Shown: piece after piece, positions 36,722-46,027 of the stretch
Layout: each line of letters begins with the position of its first letter
Position numbering within the stretch: the first letter of the stretch is position 1
Source of the DNA: Octopus bimaculoides
Taxonomy: Eukaryota
Reading direction: 5' to 3'
DNA length: 46,027 bases
Assembly: GCF_001194135.2 (NCBI RefSeq)
Contig: NC_068982.1
Span: 51,111,683 to 51,157,709 of the forward strand
Notes under the pieces: generated by a model
Seen by the model: the letters and a program-made list of their open reading frames with translations, nothing else
The model's database searches: none
Told to the model about the DNA's origin: nothing
Translations under genes and position numbers: made by a program

Positions 36722-37035
36722 TAACACCTAGAAGGAAGTGCTTTTTCCACTCACCAAAGTGAATGGAACTTTGGCCAGGAGGCACTAATGTCATCAGACA
36801 GTATCCAGCGTTCATCGGGTATTTCAACCCTGAACTGTAACACCCTACCATTGGTGGGTTACCAGAGATGGCTACATTACTGCTCTTCATCTCCTCCTGG
36901 CTCCAGGTTAGCTCCTCTCTCTTGCTCCAAAGCCAACAAGTGAGTCTTTCAGTTGCCTCTCCCATCCTGCACACAGCCACCCTTCACTCCTTTCTTCTTA
37001 TTCCAATGGCTGTAAGTAACCTCCAGGCCAACTGA
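36722..37035 (-). mobile_element. HERO-like (RLE-type) non-LTR retrotransposon 3' end
   Basis: [43 protein letters not shown] resembles my recollection of the HERO C-terminus (WRLL..LG...EAAERAS.WLW.KR...W). The 3'UTR has a gggtgtt...aataccc hairpin. Confidence 0.7.
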
Positions 37036-37102
37036 GCATATGATAAATATATATTAAAAATGTGCATATGTACATATTATATGTATACACACAGACACAC
37101 AC

Positions 37103-37137
<35 letters not shown>

Positions 37138-37231
37138 CATATATATACATATATACATACAGATATATACATATACATATATATATATATTTATATACAT
37201 AACACATATATATAGATATATACATATATAT

Positions 37232-37615
37232 TTGTTGTTGGCACTCTGTCGCTAACAACGTCGAGGGTTCCAGTTGATCCGATCAACGGAACAGCCTGCT
37301 CGTGAAATTAACGTGCAAGTGGCTGAGCATTCCACAAACACGTGTACCCTTAACGTAGTTCTCGGGGATATTCAGCGTGACACAGTATGACAAGGTTGGC
37401 CCTTTGAAATACAGGTACAACAGAAACAGGAAGAAAGAGTGAAAGAAAGTTGTGGTGAAAGAGTACAGCAGAGTTCGCCACCATCCCCTGCCGGAGCCTC
37501 GTGGAGCTTTAGGTGTTTACGCTCAATAAACACTCACAACGCCCGGTCTGGAAATCGAAACCTCGATCCTATGACCGTGAGTCCGCTGCCCTAACCACTG
37601 GGCCATTACACCTCC
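37232..37615 (-). mobile_element. Third-family SINE, inverted relative to 36339-36700
   Basis: Near-full reverse complement of the + copy. Confidence 0.9.
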
Positions 37616-38410
37616 ACATACATATATATAGATATATACATATATATTTGTTGTTGGCACTCTGTCGCTAACAACGTCGAGGNNNNNNNNNNNNNNNNNN
37701 NNNNNNNNNNNNNNNNNNNNNNNNNNNNNNNNNNNNNNNNNNNNNNNNNNNNNNNNNNNNNNNNNNNNNNNNNNNNNNNNNNNNNNNNNNNNNNNNNNNN
37801 NNNNNNNNNNNNNNNNNNNNNNNNNNNNNNNNNNNNNNNNNNNNNNNNNNNNNNNNNNNNNNNNNNNNNNNNNNNNNNNNNNNNNNNNNNNNNNNNNNNN
37901 NNNNNNNNNNNNNNNNNNNNNNNNNNNNNNNNNNNNNNNNNNNNNNNNNNNNNNNNNNNNNNNNNNNNNNNNNNNNNNNNNNNNNNNNNNNNNNNNNNNN
38001 NNNNNNNNNNNNNNNNNNNNNNNNNNNNNNNNNNNNNNNNNNNNNNNNNNNNNNNNNNNNNNNNNNNNNNNNNNNNNNNNNNNNNNNNNNNNNNNNNNNN
38101 NNNNNNNNNNNNNNNNNNNNNNNNNNNNNNNNNNNNNNNNNNNNNNNNNNNNNNNNNNNNNNNNNNNNNNNNNNNNNNNNNNNNNNNNNNNNNNNNNNNN
38201 NNNNNNNNNNNNNNNNNNNNNNNNNNNNNNNNNNNNNNNNNNNNNNNNNNNNNNNNNNNNNNNNNNNNNNNNNNNNNNNNNNNNNNNNNNNNNNNNNNNN
38301 NNNNNNNNNNNNNNNNNNNNNNNNNNNNNNNNNNNNNNNNNNNNNNNNNNNNNNNNNNNNNNNNNNNTGTGTGTGTGTGTATGTATATATATATGTGTAT
38401 GTATATATAG

Positions 38411-40018
38411 AGGAAAAGATGCCAGAACAATGTGTGGTAACTACAGAGGTATTGCTCTACTATCAGCTACTGGCAAGGTTCTGGTAAATATTCTTCATAA
38501 CCTGCCTGAATGGGTGCCTCGTAAACAATGTCCTGTCTGAATCTCAATGTGGCTTCCGATCTGGTAGAGGGACAATGGATATGATTTTCACACCAAGACG
38601 GATGCAGGAGGAGTGATATGAGCAGAATATGGATCTTATCCAGGTATTTATTGATTTAATGAAGGCCTTTGATACGGTGAAAAGGGCCTTGCTATGGAAA
38701 ATACTTGGCAAACTTGTATGTCCGGATCACATTGTATCAATAATTAAATCATTTCATGATGGGATGGAAGCTTGGGTCAATGCTGGTGGTGACATGGTAG
38801 AACCCATTCCTGTAGAGAATGGTGTCATGCAAGGTGACATCTTTGCCCCCAACTCCCTTTTTTTTGTACTTTGCTGCTGCTTTTACTCATGCTTTTGCTA
38901 AGGTTAGCTCTCTGGGAATATATGTCGGGTATCGATTTTCTGGTCGCTTCTTTAATCTGCACTGATTTGCTGCCAATTGAAAAGTTTTCCAGTCTCTTAT
39001 TTGTGACCTCCATTATGCAGATGATTGTGACTTAGTCACTCATACAGTGGATGACATGCAAATATTTATGAATCGTATTTCTGCTTTTTGTAAGGCATTT
39101 GGACTTAGCATTAGCCTGGACAAGACTGTTCCAGCCTACACCAGGAAATCCATGTGTGGAACCAGCTATCTTTGGTGAAGGAACAATTCTGAAAGTGGTA
39201 GACAAGTTCATCTACCTGGGCAGCACACTCAGCCATTCTTGTTCCCTGGATGAGGAAATATCTTTCAGGCTGCAGAGAGTAACTGATTCTTTCCGGTCTC
39301 TTCAGTTTCATGTCTGGTCCCAGTATGGCATCACAAAGCAGACAAAAATTGCTGTATACTGTACATGTATACCAACATTGCTCTTTTACTCATGTGAGAT
39401 ATGGACCCTTTACAAACGTCATGTAAGGGAACTTGAATGCTTTCATCAGAGATGTCTCAGACACATTCTGAACGTTGGCTGGACCTTAAAAACTCCAGAC
39501 ACACAGGTCCTGAGGACAGCTGATATCTTGAGTATTGAGGTGATGGTGCACAAGCACCGGTTACATTGAACTGGATGCCTTATTATAATGAAGGATAACA
39601 GGATCCCTAAGCAGATGCTATATGGGGAACTTGTTAATGGAAAGAGACCCCCAAGGCTGCAATTTAAAGACTGTGTCAGGTCCTCATTAAAGACCTGTGA
39701 TATGCAGGAGACTGACTGGGAGAGCAATGCCTGTCATCACCACAGATGGAGGAAGCTGGTTAAGGAGGGTGTCGACACCTTTAAGAGAAAATGTATTCTG
39801 CATGAAAAATTTAAGCGTGCTGCTCGAAACCGCACTGCAGGTGTAGTGAATGGAGAAAGCTTGGTTTGCAATGTTTGCAGTTGTGTATGCTTGTCAAGAG
39901 CAGGGCTCATTAGCCACCAATGGAGCCACAAATGCAAAATATAAGTTAGTCCTAGAATGCATAATGTTCCTGAAGGTCAGCAATGGTCCTCCTCCGTCAC
40001 AAGTGGACGGCCATCATG
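38411..40018 (+). mobile_element. 5'-truncated RTE-clade LINE (RT + C-terminal Zn finger), pseudogenised
   Basis: NYRGIALLS.TGKV, SESQCGFRSGRGTMDMIF, FIDLMKAFDTV, GVMQGDIFAP, YADDCDLV, FIYLGSTLS, DNRIPKQMLYGEL, CNVCSCVCLSRAGLISH. Stops and frameshifts. Confidence 0.95.
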
Positions 40019-40024
40019 TATATA

Positions 40025-40061
<37 letters not shown>

Positions 40062-40632
40062 NNNNNNNNNNNNNNNNNNNNNNNNNNNNNNNNNNNNNNN
40101 NNNNNNNNNNNNNNNNNNNNNNNNNNNNNNNNNNNNNNNNNNNNNNNNNNNNNNNNNNNNNNNNNNNNNNNNNNNNNNNNNNNNNNNNNNNNNNNNNNNN
40201 NNNNNNNNNNNNNNNNNNNNNNNNNNNNNNNNNNNNNNNNNNNNNNNNNNNNNNNNNNNNNNNNNNNNNNNNNNNNNNNNNNNNNNNNNNNNNNNNNNNN
40301 NNNNNNNNNNNNNNNNNNNNNNNNNNNNNNNNNNNNNNNNNNNNNNNNNNNNNNNNNNNNNNNNNNNNNNNNNNNNNNNNNNNNNNNNNNNNNNNNNNNN
40401 NNNNNNNNNNNNNNNNNNNNNNNNNNNNNNNNNNNNNNNNNNNNNNNNNNNNNNNNNNNNNNNNNNNNNNNNNNNNNNNNNNNNNNNNNNNNNNNATTAT
40501 TTAACGCACTCACTGGTTCAGTTTCCACTCATTTACTTCTTTATTTTTTCTAAAATTTTCGTTGCGTCTTGCAGCCTTTTCATTAGACTCTCTCCAGACA
40601 CAACAAAATATATACATGTCTGTGTGTGTTTG

Positions 40633-40663
<31 letters not shown>

Positions 40664-40664
40664 T

Positions 40665-41146
40665 TGTTATAATTTAGTTATCTATAGTCCGATGATATTT
40701 CAGAATACAATTCCTTCTTCAGATCTTCTTAGATGGAGTCTCTGCTATAAACTGTTTTCCAACGGCTTTTCTTTTTTCGGAAGTGTTTCAGTAGTGGTCT
40801 CACGAAGCTCCTTCCGGAATTCCTCATGAGAAGTGTGTGAGGTCGGCTATGTTTCAATCTCGTGTGTGTTGGTACATATGTAAGAAAGTTTATTTGGCAT
40901 CCGATTTTAGCACATTTCTCAGATAGCTTGATCAACTCCCTAGCAGTTGCGAACTCGGCCTGGCCCAGGCATAGAGATAGGAGAGTATTGTTGTAGTTCG
41001 CTTGAAGCATTGTGTATTGTTTGTAAAGAATAAAAAACTTTGAATGGTACAACAATGCTCTATGATACAAAAAATGGACTACATACCTGTTGTAATTTAG
41101 TTATCTATAGTCCGACAATGCTTCAAGTGAACTACAATACTCTCCT
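40665..41146 (-). mobile_element. Rearranged Penelope-like terminal-repeat (pLTR) remnant
   Basis: Direct repeat aatttagttatctatagtccga at ~40671 and ~41094. Inverted repeat ~40979-41013 versus ~41115-41146. Minus ORF EFATARELIKLSEKCAKIGCQINFL resembles PLE N-termini. Hammerhead-like core at 40682-40722. Confidence 0.55.
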
Positions 41147-41164
41147 ATATATATATATATATAT

Positions 41165-42960
41165 ATATATAGACATCAAATTACATCCCCTCTAGCTGAG
41201 CTCAAGAGAAACTCACTTGATGCAGGCTATATTCCTGATCATTTTCTTTCCCAGTCTGTTGTTCCAGTCTTCAAGAAAGGAAACAAATCTCTTGCAGTGA
41301 ACTACCGTCCGATTTCACTCAGCTCTCATACCATTAGCCTTTTTGTTACTGTATTTATTTTGAGATGCTCTGTGTTTCTTTCAATTACTTTAAATAGAAC
41401 AAAGAATTTAGTAAAATAACTTAGTTATCATTCAGCTAGTGTTAGGAACAAATTGTGACTAACGTTTGGTGGAAGATATTAATTCAAAACTCATGAAAAT
41501 AAGACATTTGTACTCAGAGCCAGAGCCAGTTTCAGCTGGGCTGGTAATGAAAGGATTAAAGTATTTGTGAGGGTGGTGAGATGGTGAATAACTCACTTCC
41601 TCAAAGACAACAATCTGCTGAACCCCAACCAGCATGTTTTCTGTGACGGCAGGGACTGCCTGTTAGAGTTTCTGCACCATTTTGATGACACCTTAAAAGC
41701 GTTGGGAGAAGGCTCCAACACTGACATTGTATACCTTGATTTCAGCAAGGCATTTGACAGAGTGGACTACAAAATCCTGCTGAAGAAACTGTCCAACATT
41801 GGAATCTGTGGAAAGCTGCTGCCGTGGATAAAGTGTTTCCTGATGAACAGAACCCAACATGTTGTGTTTGAGGGAATATGATCCAGCTCAGCCAAAGTCA
41901 GTAGTGGTGTCCCACAAGGTACTGTGTCGGGCCCACTCATCTTCATTGTCTACATCAATGATATAGTAGATGTCATCAAACATTCTCCATTGAAAATCTT
42001 TACAGATGATTCCAGACTCCAGAAAGCCATAAACAGTATGGGAGACTAGAGAGGCTTTCAGTTGGATCTGTTTGCTGTTGTCCAATGGACAGGAAAAAAA
42101 AAAACAATATCCTTCTAAATGAAGATAAATTTGATTTGATCCACTTTGGAAAAGAGGATACTCTGAAATTACCACATGCTCTTCCCTCGGGTGACTTCCT
42201 AGTGTCATCCAACAACACTTGAGACCTTGGTGTGATTGTTGATAACAGTCTAAGTTAGAGTTCCCACACAAACAGCAAGGTTGACTTGGCCTGCAAGATG
42301 TGCTCCTGGATTCTGAGAACTTTCCAGTCTAGAGATGCCCACACCATCATCCTTCTTTACTCTACTTTTGCCCGACCCCTCCTTGAATACTATTGCCCAC
42401 TGTGGTCTCCTCATATGAAGCAATTCGTTATGAAAGTGGAAGCACTCTAGAGGTCAATAACAAGAAAGATAGATGCCATGAGAGGCATTGACTATTGGGG
42501 GTCGCCTAAAAAAACTCAATCTCTACTCTCTCCAAAACTGCCAGGAGCGCTACATCATTTGTGTGATGTGGAAAATATTCCATCAATATTGCACAAATGA
42601 TGTTGGCATCAATTTTAAAATCCATCCAAGATTTGGCCTCCATGCTACCCGCCCACTACAAAAATCAAACCCAGGACACATAACAGCATTACATCAGAAC
42701 TACTTTACCTCAAGTGGTCCGGCTCTCTTTAATACCATACCAAAATACGTCAAAACGGAAACAGATCTCATAAAATTCAAAAGTTCAATGGACAAATTTC
42801 TTCAAAAAATCCCGGACCAACCTCCTACATCCGGATATGTCTCCAACAATAATGACTCTTTGCTAGAGTGGCCCATGATGCCTCATATATGACTAAAAGA
42901 CTCCACCAGGTTGCACTATTAAGTTAGACATGGCCTGGGCCTATAGTGGCCGAAACTTAT
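41165..42960 (+). mobile_element. CR1-clade LINE (RT to 3' end), pseudogenised, with nested MITE
   Basis: VVPVFKKGNKSLAVNYRPISLSSH, YLDFSKAFDRVD, SGVPQGTVSGPLIFIVYINDI, FTDD, LEYYCPLWSPH, MDKFLQKIPDQP. Confidence 0.95.
41338..41555. mobile_element. piggyBac-like MITE inserted at a TTAA site in the CR1
   Basis: CR1 frame SHTI|KVFV is interrupted. Flanks ttag (41334-41337) and ttaa (41556-41559). Decayed TIRs ccttttt-gttac / gtaatgaaagga. Confidence 0.65.
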
Positions 42961-43139
42961 CAAAGTTATATGAATATAAAATACTCACACAAACACACAC
43001 ACACATGACAGAAGTAATTAGACACCTTTATAATCATCAAAATTTATTGAAATCTGAAATTATACATTCAAATTATTTATTCATTATTATAATTTGAATA
43101 GCTAATATTTAGTAGACATATCCTTTACATTTTTCAATG

Positions 43140-44226
43140 TGAGGACCCTATTAGCTCTATTTGGTATGCTAATGATCAGATGCCAAATATTCTCTGAAGA
43201 GACACCAATTCTCAGCGGACTATACTGAGGTCATTACTATTTGCAGTGGCTCTCCCAGACATGCCCTCTGCAGTAGAGTCAGCCAATTTGTCTAGTTATG
43301 CTAACAACACAAATGTATCACAGGTAGTTAGGAACCCAGAGGACATCATAAAACTGCAGAAAGACCTGAACGAAATATATAAATGGGCTAACAAAAATAG
43401 CATGCAGTTTAATGCTATGGAATTTCAGGCACTCTACTATCAGCCCAACACCAGGCTAAAATCGGTATACACTGGACCAGAAGGTAATACAATCTCAGAG
43501 TCAGAGTCGGTGTGTGACCTGAGAGTTCACATGAGCAATGATGCAACATTCCATGTGGATTTTGCCAAGATGGCAGCACTGTGCAGGCAAGAGGCTGGCT
43601 GGATTCTGAGGACATTCAGAACCAGGAAAAGAGAGGCCCTGCTACTCCTATGGAGGACTTTTATTTTCAGCTGCTTGGACTACTACTCCCAACTATGGTC
43701 CCCAGAGAGAGTGAAACAAACTGTGGAACTCAAAGCAATCCAACACCAATACACAAAGAAGATTGACTCGATGCAAAATATGGGCTACTGGGATAGGCTA
43801 AAGGAGTTGAGTCTCTATTCACTGAAGAGAGAGATATGCGGTGATATATATATGGAAGATCTTGGAGAGTTTAGCTCCCAATTTTGGAATTGACAGCTAT
43901 ACCAATCCTTGAACTGGATTGCACTGCATCATACCAAAGATCCCGTCTTCCCCATCCAATATAAGGACACAGTATTGCAACAGTCTAGGTTTCAAGGGCC
44001 TGCAATTGTTCAACATCCTGCCAGGCAACACTAGAGATCTACATGGTGTTAATGTGGAAGTTTTCAAGGAACATCTGGACAGGTTTCTATCTGAGATACC
44101 AGATGAACCCACAGAGAAGAACAGCTCCATCCAAAAACAATACCAGAAACAATACCGAGCAACTACAGGTGGTGCACTAGCATGAACTCAGCCCTGGGCT
44201 GTTACCTATAAAAGACAAAAAAAAAA
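43140..44226 (+). mobile_element. Second CR1-clade LINE family, 5'-truncated, A-rich 3' end
   Basis: SSYANNT (YADDT), LQKDLNEIYKWA, GWILRTFRTR, LDYYSQLWSP, FNILP, LDRFLSEIPDEP, followed by an A-rich tail. Confidence 0.9.
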
Positions 44227-44294
44227 GATATAGATATGTATATATGATACATATATATATATACAAAATTTATAATTATATACATAATTACACT

Positions 44295-44922
44295 AAAGGG
44301 ATCGAGAAAAACCTTCTCTAACGCGCTAAAAATAAATACCAATTGGCATTAAAAATCACCTTATTTCTCCCCTTAAGCACAGGTTGTAAAGAGGCAAATG
44401 AAAAATAATAAATACAACTTTCCAGTTAGTTCTGTATTGAACTCGATTTCAGGTTAAATGTAATAAAATACATATTACCCGCCTCAGTACAACATTCTGG
44501 AGTATATAAGTACAAATATTTACACATACCCATACAAAACACCAAAGCCACATTACCATATACATTCATTTGCATGTATACTCCAGACACAGTCAAATTT
44601 ACATTTTTCCTTTCCACAACATGCTTTTTACCAAAGTAACCTCGCAGCAAATGCGATTACATCATGAGCAAAAATATTTATATTAATATTCTTTGTATCA
44701 TTAACGATATAGTCACGTTAATGATTTTACCAAGTGGTCAGCGTCACATAAGAACCATGTAAGTAATTTTATATACTAAATTTGCAATTATATACATATT
44801 TATATTAAAGGGATTGGGAAAATGCTTCTCCAGCATGCTAAGAATAGATACCAAATGGCACTAAAAATCACCTTCTTTCTCCCTTTAAGCACAGGTTGTG
44901 AACGGGCAAGTGAGATATAATA
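44295..44922. repeat. ~116-bp diverged direct repeat pair, 512 bp apart
   Basis: aaagggat..gaaaa...taaaaatcacctt.tttctccc.ttaagcacaggttgt at 44295-44410 and 44807-44922. Confidence 0.8.
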
Positions 44923-44965
44923 TATATTTATGTGTGTGTGTATATGTATGTATATNNNNNNNNNN

Positions 44966-45870
44966 ACCTCGCTTGAATGATTTTCTAACGTGCCACCGGC
45001 ACAAGTGCCAGTAAGATGGCGCTGGTAACGATCACACTCAAATGGTACTATTTACGAGCACTAGCACGGAAGCCAGACAGCTGCTCTGGCAATGATCACG
45101 CTCAGACGGTGCTGTTAGTGCTCCACTCGCACAGGTGCCAGTCATCGAATATGGTTCAATTACGACTTTGATTTCACTTGCCCCAACAGGTCTTCGCAAG
45201 CAGAGTTTAGTGTCCAATGAAGTAAAGATACAAATAAGTGAGCTGGTTACACTTCTGGCAGAGGCCACAGATTATGCTCTCACTTGGCTTNNNNNNNNNN
45301 CACTTCTGGCAGAGGCCACAGATTATGCTCTCACTTGGCTTGCCGGGTCTTCTCATGTACTGCATATATCCAAAGGTCCCAGTCACTAGTCATTGCCTTG
45401 GTGAGGCCTAAAGTTCGAAGGTCGAGCTTCACCACTTCATCCCAGGTCTTCCTGGGTCTGCCACTTCCACAGGTTCCCTCAACCGCTAGGGTGTGGCATT
45501 TTTCACACAGCTATCCTCATCCATTCTTGCCACATGACCATACCAGCGCAATTGCCTCTCTTGCACACCACAACTGATGCTTCTTAGGTCTAACTTTTCT
45601 CTCAAGGTACTTACACTCTGCCGAGTATGCACTCTGACATTACACATCCATCGGATGTGAGCTTACGCATGTCCTCAGCAGTCACGGCCATGTAGCATGG
45701 TGGTTTGTATACATGCGCCATACAGTCTGCCTTTTACTCTGAGTGAGAGGCCCTTTGTCACCAGCAGAGGTAAGAGCTCTCTGAACTTTTCCCAGGCTAT
45801 TCTTATCCTAGCAGCTACACTTTCAGTGCACCCCTCCCCCGCTACTAACTTGGTCACCTAGATAGCGGAA
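44966..45870 (-). mobile_element. RTE-clade LINE 3' part (different family from 38411) with 3'UTR
   Basis: GEGCTESVAARIRIAWEKFRELLPLLVTKGLSLRVKGRLYGAC, then LRW(S/Y)GHVARMDEDSCVKKC...GRPRKTWDEVVK-like sequence. Confidence 0.9.
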
Positions 45871-45934
45871 GCTATCAACTGCTTCTAGTTTTTCTCCCTG
45901 GAATGTGGCAAAAGTTGTTTTCTGCATATTTTCA

Positions 45935-46027
45935 GTGTTTATTGCTCCTGAGCATCTGCCACATACAAAAACTATATTGCTAGTTAACCTTCCTTTGATA
46001 TTGCTGCACCTCTTATGTGTCCATAGC
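45935..46027. repeat. Dispersed repeat also present at ~14975-15065
   Basis: cttcctttgat(a/g)ttgctgcacctcttatgtgtccatagc is shared by both sites. Confidence 0.7.

Larger units (their letters stand above)
1687..45300. other. Assembly gaps (N): 1687-1869, 9126-9595, 19740-19749, 30908-31733, 35567-36325, 37683-38367, 40062-40495, 44956-44965, 45291-45300
   Basis: Direct reading; most gaps abut microsatellites or SINEs. Confidence 1.

Noticed and set aside
36760-36830. Hammerhead in the HERO 3'UTR (minus strand has GAAA and CTGATGA)
   Set aside because: GAAA is inside a separate gggtgtt/aataccc stem. There is no room for stem I and no R-Y pair closing stem II.
37621-37682. Third tandem SINE copy
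   Set aside because: It is identical to 37205-37266 and runs straight into a gap. A true tandem cannot be distinguished from a scaffolding artefact.
1598-40677. Long ORFs in the track that span N-runs or microsatellites (e.g. 8903, 30740, 32748-33510, 35468-36501, 37606, 39850)
   Set aside because: They are open only because N, TA and TG runs contain no stop codons.
45250-45341. 41-bp tandem duplication
   Set aside because: Exact copies on either side of a 10-N gap, typical of an unmerged contig overlap.

Overview
AT-rich animal genomic DNA from a gapped draft assembly (nine N-runs). By inference it comes from a coleoid cephalopod, most likely Octopus, based on its tRNA-derived SINE families, abundant RTE/CR1/Penelope remnants and dense TA/CA microsatellites. 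Most of the window is intron-like or intergenic sequence filled with decayed mobile DNA: a full-length but dead mariner with both TIRs, a Tigger/pogo remnant, a Lep1/HINE-like Helentron-type element, three Penelope-like fragments, RTE and CR1 LINE fragments, a HERO-like 3' end and many SINEs. One host coding exon is well supported (15688-15757, + strand). It encodes IKKEDIIYEPLRFRRQTVCDCPP(G), a furin site followed by CxCPPG, which is the layout of membrane-anchored collagens (MACIT/colmedin type). No further Gly-X-Y exon is visible, so much of the rest may be intron. Non-coding signals worth checking: a hammerhead-core-like motif in a Penelope-type terminal repeat, a perfect 25-bp pre-miRNA-sized hairpin, a 66-bp tandem array with one CRE-type site per unit, several foldbacks and inverted repeat pairs (possible dsRNA/ADAR substrates) and two candidate promoter regions. 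I found no convincing wholly new biological system. Nearly all entries in the supplied ORF track are artefacts of N-gaps, microsatellites or TE fragments. Element boundaries are read by eye and approximate unless a TIR or TSD is given.
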